A stretch of 64,000 nucleotides of DNA from a virus. Shown one piece after another: positions 56,659 through 64,000 of this stretch; position 1 is the stretch's first letter; every line of letters starts with the position of its first letter. The notes beneath the pieces are model-generated. The model did not search any database. It worked only from the letters and a program-made list of their open reading frames with translations, and was not told where the DNA came from. The position numbers and the translations under genes are program-made. The stretch spans positions 1 through 64,000 of the IMG/VR virus record IMGVR_UViG_3300022752_004829, one strand, 5' to 3'.

Positions 56659-58466
56659 TGCCAACTCAACAAGAAGTATTTAATGAAATTGTAAGTGGAT
56701 ATAAATCTTTAAATGCAGAACTATCCAAATTAGAACCAAGTACTCCAATCTCTTTCTACGAAATAGATCTTAACGAAATCTATCCCAAGGCAAATTATGC
56801 TCAATCAGATCAGCCCATTGTAAATGGTATTCTAAGAATATATAATGATTACAATTTATTTAACATTTCATCTAATCCTTATGGGACAATAAATTGGCAA
56901 GGTAATTATTATTATCCATTTCCTATATACGCAGAAGGATTTGACCTAACCTCTTCTACTACATTACCGACACCCATGGTTTCTTTTTCTAATTTTTCGC
57001 CAGATTTATCTAATAATTCATTTTATAAATATATTAGAATGCAAGTAGAATCATTAGGTGATATTGTAGGCTGTAAATTTACTAGAATAAGAAGTTTCTT
57101 AAAATATCTAAGATCTAGTAATTTTTCAAATAATATAAATCCTTACAATACCGATCCTTCAATTGTAGAAATAGAATTACCAAGAGATATATATTATATT
57201 GATAGAAAAAATTTAGAAACAAGATCAAAATTAGAATTTACATTGTCTTCTATATTAGATGTAGAAAATGTAAATCTACCTGGAAGAATGATTTTAGGAA
57301 CAAGATGCCCCTATCAATATAGAGGTGAAGGTTGTTTATATGAATATGAAAAAAGAAAAACTTATATTCACAGCGGAATATATGGACAAGTGGTTAATCC
57401 AGATATTAATATTACGTTACCATTAGAAGCACCACCAGTTGCAACAGATAATGATGAATTATTTATTGGAACAATATTTACTGGAAATTCTGAAGCAGCA
57501 AGGTTTAGCGGACTAGATTATAAAAGAGTTGGTACTGGTAATTATGGAAATTTAAGTCAATGGACTTTTACAAATTATACTCGTGGTGGAGCTGGAACAG
57601 ATTTAGCTGCAGCAACAATTTTGAATGATGGAAACGGAGCAGTTGCAGGAATTACTTCTCAGGCTTCAATTGGAGTTGTACAATTAAATCTAAATACTGG
57701 AGCCGAAATTACAAGAATTAGATTGACATCAATTACGACTATTAATAATAATTATCAAGTTCAATTTTCAATGAATAATGGATCATGGAATACAGTTAGA
57801 AATGTTAGTGGTTTAGATTTAACATGGCCATTAAATGGTAGTGCATCAGGAACATATCAACTTGATTTTCCATCTAGAGGAATACATACTGGGTGGAGAT
57901 TAATAACGACTAATTCTTCTGCTGGCACGCAAATCTCCGAATTAAATTTTAGTGGTCAGTATAGGGTCGGAGACGAAGGATTATGGAACACGGGTATTGC
58001 GTATGAAAAAGGAGATTATGTATATTTAGAAAAAGAAGGAATAAAATACTACTTTGTTTCAATTACTGGTCATACATCTGATGTTTTTAATAATCCACCA
58101 AATAGAAATTATTGGGGTTCAGATAATTGTAGTAAAACAATATATGGTTGTAATCTTAGATGGCTAAAGAATCCTTATTTCAGACCAGTCTTATGGCCAA
58201 CTACAAGAGAAGGTTGGGATCAAGATGGTTTTATACGTAGGTATCAAATTACGGGTACTGGAGGACTTAATTCAAATACAAATATTAGAAGACTAATTAC
58301 TCCTCCTTGGTATAGGACTGGAATAAATGATGGTTGGCCAAGAAGACCTGATGTTCATGACCCAAATAGTAATTATGCACATGGATTACCAAAAGATATT
58401 AGTGGAGAATATCTAAATGGATTTATTCCATTCGGAGGATTTCCAGGAGTAGAAAAATTACAATGA
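56658..58466 (+). CDS. minor tail protein, lambda gpL-like, with inserted domains
   Basis: FYEIDL, YYIDRK, LPGR, CPYQYRGEGC, DNCSKTIYGC, PFGGFPG. Confidence 0.88.
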   Translation: MPTQQEVFNEIVSGYKSLNAELSKLEPSTPISFYEIDLNEIYPKANYAQSDQPIVNGILRIYNDYNLFNISSNPYGTINWQGNYYYPFPIYAEGFDLTSSTTLPTPMVSFSNFSPDLSNNSFYKYIRMQVESLGDIVGCKFTRIRSFLKYLRSSNFSNNINPYNTDPSIVEIELPRDIYYIDRKNLETRSKLEFTLSSILDVENVNLPGRMILGTRCPYQYRGEGCLYEYEKRKTYIHSGIYGQVVNPDINITLPLEAPPVATDNDELFIGTIFTGNSEAARFSGLDYKRVGTGNYGNLSQWTFTNYTRGGAGTDLAAATILNDGNGAVAGITSQASIGVVQLNLNTGAEITRIRLTSITTINNNYQVQFSMNNGSWNTVRNVSGLDLTWPLNGSASGTYQLDFPSRGIHTGWRLITTNSSAGTQISELNFSGQYRVGDEGLWNTGIAYEKGDYVYLEKEGIKYYFVSITGHTSDVFNNPPNRNYWGSDNCSKTIYGCNLRWLKNPYFRPVLWPTTREGWDQDGFIRRYQITGTGGLNSNTNIRRLITPPWYRTGINDGWPRRPDVHDPNSNYAHGLPKDISGEYLNGFIPFGGFPGVEKLQ

Positions 58467-59197
58467 AACTTAATAAAATTAAAAAATTTATTAAAAATCA
58501 TGCTTTAGAAGAATTTCCTAAAGAATGTTGTGGTTTTATAGTAGAAAAAGAAAATGACTTCTATTGCATTAAATCAGATAATATAGCTAAAATACCAACT
58601 AGAGACTTTAAAATAAAAATCTCTGATTATCTAAATATAAAAAATCAATATAATATATTATATATATATCATAGTCATTGCGATGAAAAGTATACAGAAT
58701 TTTCTGGAAAAGATATTTTAAGTTCCGATGGAATAGGAATTAATTATCTATTACATGTAGTAAATACTGATATATTTAAAACATATGAAGCAAATAGTTT
58801 TTCTAAAAAATATATTGGAAGAATTTATGAATATAAAAAATATGATTGTATGACTTTAATTTTAGATTTCTTAAAAAATGAATTTAATCTTTCTATAAAT
58901 GTTGATTCACTATATGATTTCTTTGAGAAAAATGGATATATGCATGCAGATGTAACGAATCTCGTAGAAAAGGTTTTTCTTGAATCTAAAAAATTAGAAA
59001 AGATAAATGATTTAGAAAATATTAAAAAAAATGATATATTCTTAATGAAAAACCATCTAAATAAAGCTTGTCATTTTTCAATTTATATGGGAGATGATAA
59101 AGTGCTTCATCATACACCAGATCGCTTTTCTAGAATAGAAGATTATTCTAGTGGATGGAAAAAAAAGACAGTCTTAGCATTTAGGGTTAATAATTAA
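58463..59197 (+). CDS. tail assembly protein, lambda gpK-like (JAB + NlpC/P60)
   Basis: FPKECCG, YHSH...FSGKD, YDC, HFSIY, LHH. Confidence 0.9.
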   Translation: MKLNKIKKFIKNHALEEFPKECCGFIVEKENDFYCIKSDNIAKIPTRDFKIKISDYLNIKNQYNILYIYHSHCDEKYTEFSGKDILSSDGIGINYLLHVVNTDIFKTYEANSFSKKYIGRIYEYKKYDCMTLILDFLKNEFNLSINVDSLYDFFEKNGYMHADVTNLVEKVFLESKKLEKINDLENIKKNDIFLMKNHLNKACHFSIYMGDDKVLHHTPDRFSRIEDYSSGWKKKTVLAFRVNN

Positions 59198-59198
59198 T

Positions 59199-59978
59199 AT
59201 GGTAAAAGTAACTTTACATGGAAAATTAGGTGAAGACATAGGTCCTGAATGGGATCTAGATGTCAAAAGCGTACAGGAAGCATTTCGGGCAATTGAGGCT
59301 AATACTAGAAAATTAAAAAAATGGATGTTTAATCAAGGCTCTCAATATTCTTTGTCTATCTTTATAAATAAAAAACCAATTGATCTTAGTAATCAAAAAA
59401 ATATTAAATCTTCCGAGATATTTTTTATTTTTAATAATCAATTAAAATCTATAGATGTTATTCCAGATATAGAAGGATCTATAACATTACCAAGTTGGGC
59501 AGAGAGGTGGGCTTCTCCAGTTTTAGGAATAGTGGGTGGTGCAGCTAGTATCGGCGCGGGAGTTTGGTTAGACAATGATTTTTCTCCATACTTAGTAACT
59601 GCAGGAGTAGGCCTAATAAGCGCTGGCGTAACCTCATTATTAGCTAAACCTCCACCAAATATACCTTATCAAGCTCAACAGGCCACAACTCAAACTCAAG
59701 GAGCAATCGGGCAAAATGGAGGTCCACAATCTTACCTGTTTAATGGCCCAGTAAATATTGTTGGAGAAGGTGGTCCAGTTCCAGTAGGTTATGGGCAATT
59801 GATGGTTGGAAGTAATGCTGTTAATGTCTTTTATGAAAATCTTTATCTTACAAATAGGAGGAGTGTATATACTGATCCGACGGATGTTAGATATCTACAA
59901 GATACAAATCAAGGTTATCAATATCCATTTAATGAGCAAATGATGCTTATTAGTCAAAAAGCAGGATATAACGTTTAA
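59199..59978 (+). CDS. tail assembly protein, lambda gpI-like
   Basis: VTLHGKLG, EAFRAI, VIPDIEGS, SYLFNGPVN, GGPVPVGYGQLMVGS. Confidence 0.9.
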   Translation: MVKVTLHGKLGEDIGPEWDLDVKSVQEAFRAIEANTRKLKKWMFNQGSQYSLSIFINKKPIDLSNQKNIKSSEIFFIFNNQLKSIDVIPDIEGSITLPSWAERWASPVLGIVGGAASIGAGVWLDNDFSPYLVTAGVGLISAGVTSLLAKPPPNIPYQAQQATTQTQGAIGQNGGPQSYLFNGPVNIVGEGGPVPVGYGQLMVGSNAVNVFYENLYLTNRRSVYTDPTDVRYLQDTNQGYQYPFNEQMMLISQKAGYNV

Positions 59979-59981
59979 TTT

Positions 59982-62900
59982 ATGCCTGGAAATCCAAATC
60001 TTTTTAGTGAGGGGTATGAAGGCATAGATTATGTCAGTAATATGGGAATCATGTGGGGTAATTCTGATATTCCAGATTCATATGCAGCAAGGCATTTTGG
60101 TGGAGGTCATACTCTAATTTTTAGTGGTTATGATTGGTGGGGAGCTAATGCTTTTAATACTACTTTATCTTATGCATGGAGTGGTATAGTAGGACCAAGA
60201 TCACCAATTATAGATTTAACTGGCTCAATGTGGAATGGAAGTGGTACATCAAATATTTGGCCAAATAATATATTTTTCCAAACAGGAAATACTAGAATAC
60301 ATTGGGATACTCGAAGAGGAGTAGGAGTAGTTACAGATGAAGTTGGAAGATTTTGGACTGTTCCACCAGATCCAGATTTTCAAAGACTTTATCATACGGG
60401 TGCGCCTAGTTTAAGAACATTATATACTATTCCAAATAGAGTTGGATATAGAGAATTTTATAATGTTCGTCCATCAGAATCAGGATACTATGATGTCTCA
60501 ATATCTACATCTCAAAATGTTCACATTTTAGATTTAATATCCGAAGGACCAATTGAAGGGCTTGTAACAGGATTATATACATATAATGTAAGTGGTAAAT
60601 CTGCTGGAGATATTGGTTATACATCTTATACTTTTAACCCATTTACTTCACAGAATGCAGGAGTAGTTTCATCTATATTGGATCCTAGTATAACTATTCC
60701 ACCAGAAGCTAGATCAATATATTGGAATGATACCCCAGTAGCTACAAATGACGGACTTTTAAATTTTAGATATACAAACTATAAATTTGATTATGGATCA
60801 ACAAATATACATACCGTTTCTCAACCATATGTTTATCTATACGAAGATAGATTTCATTACGATGGTTACCAAGTTGATAAAAATAAAGTTCCAGTATTGA
60901 CCGCAAATACTACTCAAGTAAATGAAAGATTATATGGACCATTTTTCTATAGTGGTATTGTCTCAGGTTTAATACCTCAGAAAAAATATTATGTATATAA
61001 TACAGACGCGGACGCAATTAAAATTATTTATAATGTTAATGCTTTATATTCAAATATTGTTTCTGGAGAATACGCTGGTACATCACTAAGAGACCAAATA
61101 AAAATGGGTGTTAAATTATATAGAGTATTTTCTGATAGAAGAGAATCTTTAGCTACTACAAGATATATTCAATCAAATCCAGAAAAATGGGCAAGCGATA
61201 GCTTTCTTATAAAAGGAAAAATTACTCAACCAGCTTTGATGCATTATACTTTTTGGCTAAGGCCTTATGCAGATAATGGATTTTTAGTTGAAGTTTTACC
61301 AGATCAAATTGGTTGGGCAATTGAAGTACAGAAAATTACAGAAGAATTTTCTCAAAGCGCAAGATCAAATGCGACTTTCGTTAATAGTATTACAGAAGTA
61401 TACGCGAATAGATTTACATATCCAAACTCAGCAATGATGTATAATGTATTTAATTCAAAGTATTTCTCTGAAATTCCAACTAGAAAATATAAAGTACGGC
61501 TTTTAAAAGTTAAAGTCCCAATAAATTATGATCCAATAGGCAAAACATATAGTGGGGCATGGAATGGACAATTTAAATTAGCCTGGACAGATAATCCAGC
61601 CTGGTGTTTTTATGATATAGTAACGAGCAATAGATTTGGATTAGGAAAATATATAAATAGTGCTTTGGTTGATAAATGGTCTCTATATGAAATTTCTCAA
61701 TATTGTGATCAATTAGTTCCAGATGGATATGGAGGATTAGAGCCTAGATTTACATGTAATTTACTTATGACAGCTAGAGAAGAAGCCTATAAAGTATTAA
61801 ATGATATGGCTTCTATTTTTAATGGTTTAGTTTATTATAATGCTGGTTTAATTTTCGTTAGTCAAGATCGCCCAAAAGATCCAATTTATACTTTTAACTC
61901 AAGTAATGTTGTTAATGGTGAATTTAGATATTCAAATAGCTCAAAAAGAGTGCGCAGATCTGTTGCCCTTGTTAGATTTAATGATGAATATAATAATTAT
62001 TTACCTGCAGTTGAATATGTAGAAGATAGAAATAGCGTATTAAAATATGGCATTAGAGAAGTAGAAGTTACAGCATTTGGATGCACAAAAAGAAGTCAAG
62101 CGAGAAGATTAGGAAAATGGTATTTGACTAGTGAAAATCTAGAAACAGAAACGGTAAACTTTGATGTTGGTTTAGATGGAAATTTTCTAAGACCAGGAGA
62201 TATCATAGATCTATATGATGAAAATAGAAAGAATAGGGTCTTCGCAGGTAGGACTTTAACGTTTAATAGTAGTGAAGCAATACTAGACGTACCGTATAAT
62301 AATTCAAATTTATTTGCTTTTACTGGAGTTGTGAATCCAATTTCTATTAATTTTTTAACACCAACATATAATTTAAATTTTGGAACTTATTTGGGAGATT
62401 TATATATAACTGGATTTCCAAATTCTACCAGTTCTAGCGGAATTTCAGGAATTAATTCTAATTTTATAAGAAGATCGCAAATTCAAAAATTAACAATAAC
62501 AGACCCAAAAAATTACGCTTCTCAAGGCACTGGTAATTATACAGGATTTTTAAGAATAACATTTCCTTCTGGTCTTAATAGCACAGATTATATTCTTCCA
62601 AATAATACAGTCTGGACCATAGACTATAATGCGGCAATTTATTCTGGAAGTAATTTAGGATTGAATAATAGATATAATATAAATAGTCAAAAAGATCAAA
62701 ATTTACTTTATCCTGGTTGGTACTTAGAGGGTTACCTAAATGATATAAAACCTTATAGAATAGTAGATGTAAGGCATAAAGAAGATTCGATATATTCCGT
62801 AACAGCGCTTGAGTATACTCCACAGAAATATACAGATATTGTTACTGGCGAATCTTTAATTTCTGTTCCTACTAAAATACCTGCTCCAGATTCGCCATCT

Positions 62901-63362
62901 CTTTCTCTTTCTATTTTATATAGAGATCCAGCTGGAAATTATGGGCCAAATGGAAGTTCGCCAGCTTATACAATTGATAAAACTGGAGTTAATTCTGTAG
63001 CTTATTCAATAACTCCTCCTTCAAATTCTGGCGTAGTTTCATTTTATAATATATATAGAAGATTAGGATCTAATTTTAATACCCCAATTCAAGCAGGAGA
63101 CTTATTTGATGTTCAATCCGCGAATCTAAGAGGCCAAACTTTAGTATTACCTATAGCTAGCATTTCTGGAAATACTCCACCATTTTTCACGCCAACAGGC
63201 ATTGGTACTTGGTATATAGGTTTAGAAGCAGTAAATGCATATGGAGAAAAATCTCCATTTGTAAGCGGAACAATAACACTAAGTTCTCAAGCTCCATTAG
63301 CTACTGTATTAGCTTCTGGATTTAATATTGTTGGTGGTAATAATTTACCAGATAATATATAA
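59982..63362 (+). CDS. tail tip / host specificity protein, lambda gpJ-like
   Basis: DLISEGPIEGL, YPNSA, WTDNPAWCFYD, EPRFTCN, AFGCT..QARRLGKW, LRPGDII. Confidence 0.93.
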   Translation: MPGNPNLFSEGYEGIDYVSNMGIMWGNSDIPDSYAARHFGGGHTLIFSGYDWWGANAFNTTLSYAWSGIVGPRSPIIDLTGSMWNGSGTSNIWPNNIFFQTGNTRIHWDTRRGVGVVTDEVGRFWTVPPDPDFQRLYHTGAPSLRTLYTIPNRVGYREFYNVRPSESGYYDVSISTSQNVHILDLISEGPIEGLVTGLYTYNVSGKSAGDIGYTSYTFNPFTSQNAGVVSSILDPSITIPPEARSIYWNDTPVATNDGLLNFRYTNYKFDYGSTNIHTVSQPYVYLYEDRFHYDGYQVDKNKVPVLTANTTQVNERLYGPFFYSGIVSGLIPQKKYYVYNTDADAIKIIYNVNALYSNIVSGEYAGTSLRDQIKMGVKLYRVFSDRRESLATTRYIQSNPEKWASDSFLIKGKITQPALMHYTFWLRPYADNGFLVEVLPDQIGWAIEVQKITEEFSQSARSNATFVNSITEVYANRFTYPNSAMMYNVFNSKYFSEIPTRKYKVRLLKVKVPINYDPIGKTYSGAWNGQFKLAWTDNPAWCFYDIVTSNRFGLGKYINSALVDKWSLYEISQYCDQLVPDGYGGLEPRFTCNLLMTAREEAYKVLNDMASIFNGLVYYNAGLIFVSQDRPKDPIYTFNSSNVVNGEFRYSNSSKRVRRSVALVRFNDEYNNYLPAVEYVEDRNSVLKYGIREVEVTAFGCTKRSQARRLGKWYLTSENLETETVNFDVGLDGNFLRPGDIIDLYDENRKNRVFAGRTLTFNSSEAILDVPYNNSNLFAFTGVVNPISINFLTPTYNLNFGTYLGDLYITGFPNSTSSSGISGINSNFIRRSQIQKLTITDPKNYASQGTGNYTGFLRITFPSGLNSTDYILPNNTVWTIDYNAAIYSGSNLGLNNRYNINSQKDQNLLYPGWYLEGYLNDIKPYRIVDVRHKEDSIYSVTALEYTPQKYTDIVTGESLISVPTKIPAPDSPSLSLSILYRDPAGNYGPNGSSPAYTIDKTGVNSVAYSITPPSNSGVVSFYNIYRRLGSNFNTPIQAGDLFDVQSANLRGQTLVLPIASISGNTPPFFTPTGIGTWYIGLEAVNAYGEKSPFVSGTITLSSQAPLATVLASGFNIVGGNNLPDNI

Positions 63363-63364
63363 TT

Positions 63365-64000
63365 ATGAATAAGATATTCTCAAAAGATATAGAAATTAAA
63401 TGGAATATATATCCTAATATTCCAGCATATATTAGTAAAGAATTAGATTTTTTCAACATGTTATCTTTTAATGTTTCTATTATTAATCCAGATGGTATTA
63501 TGCTGGACAGAAAAAATCAAGTATTATCTATCAATAATGAATTTATCATAGATGCAGATAGCTTAAATGAATATTTTGATGGAAATAGACCAGTTTTGTA
63601 TGAATATGCTTCGGGAAATACTCGCGGATTATATGAGATTACAGAAGTAAAAAAGATACTGCCTCAGAATTTTATATATACATTAGAAGATAATTATAAT
63701 CACTTTTTAAAATTATATAATAAAAAAGGATTTTTTAAATCACTTTCTTTTGAAATTAAATATGATAATTTTGATATTTATAAAAAATTAGATATAGAAT
63801 ATGATATTTTTAAAATAGAAGATTTTAATAAAATTTTCTTAAATATCTATAAAAATTCTGATGATTTATCATTAAAATTTAAGATAAATAAAAAAGAATA
63901 TTTCAATTCAAAATCTAATGGACTCTATATTATTCCTTATGATTTAAAGACAAATAAACAGTTAAATACAATTTATATAAATAATATACATGATAAATGG
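63365..64000 (+). CDS. hypothetical protein, truncated by the window end
   Basis: Open frame of 212 codons, MNKIFSKDIEIKWNIYP..., with no stop before 64000. Confidence 0.65.
   Translation, partial: MNKIFSKDIEIKWNIYPNIPAYISKELDFFNMLSFNVSIINPDGIMLDRKNQVLSINNEFIIDADSLNEYFDGNRPVLYEYASGNTRGLYEITEVKKILPQNFIYTLEDNYNHFLKLYNKKGFFKSLSFEIKYDNFDIYKKLDIEYDIFKIEDFNKIFLNIYKNSDDLSLKFKINKKEYFNSKSNGLYIIPYDLKTNKQLNTIYINNIHDKW

Noticed and set aside
1768-62823. Antisense and nested ORFs in the track (for example 1768-2304, 3134-3463, 4491-4808, 9606-9818, 16626-16838, 31843-32133, 48892-49176, 62575-62823)
   Set aside because: They overlap well-supported genes and show no motifs; they are shadow frames.

Overview
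This 64 kb window comes from a large, very AT-rich tailed dsDNA bacteriophage using the standard genetic code. In order it holds: (1) 1-16 kb, mostly minus strand, accessory and repair genes (rIIA/rIIB, ATP-dependent ligase, two HNH endonucleases, metallophosphoesterase, UvsE, BspA-like LRR protein, flavodoxin-like reductase, PurA, GMP reductase/IMPDH family), plus a tRNA-Ser with the rare anticodon ACU and a tmRNA; (2) 16-25 kb, dCMP deaminase, dNMP kinase, a sigma factor, a SET-like protein, class Ia nrdAB and an unassigned, highly structured ~280-nt RNA upstream of nrdA; (3) 25-40 kb, a 17-gene glycan cluster (glycosyltransferases, methyltransferases, heptose-pathway enzymes, glf, gmd); (4) 40-55 kb, the replication core (RecA, DnaB, ThyX, primase, split DnaE with separate PHP and DEDDh genes) and two more glycosyltransferases; (5) 55-64 kb, a lambda-like tail tip module (M, L, K, I, J). 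Main leads: the structured ncRNA, a shared C-terminal EGG[D/N] tag on three unrelated proteins, a possible virion glycosylation system, tRNA-Ser(ACU), two promoter classes that imply leaderless mRNAs, and a 28-bp repeated operator-like element. All calls come from reading motifs by eye; no searches were run.
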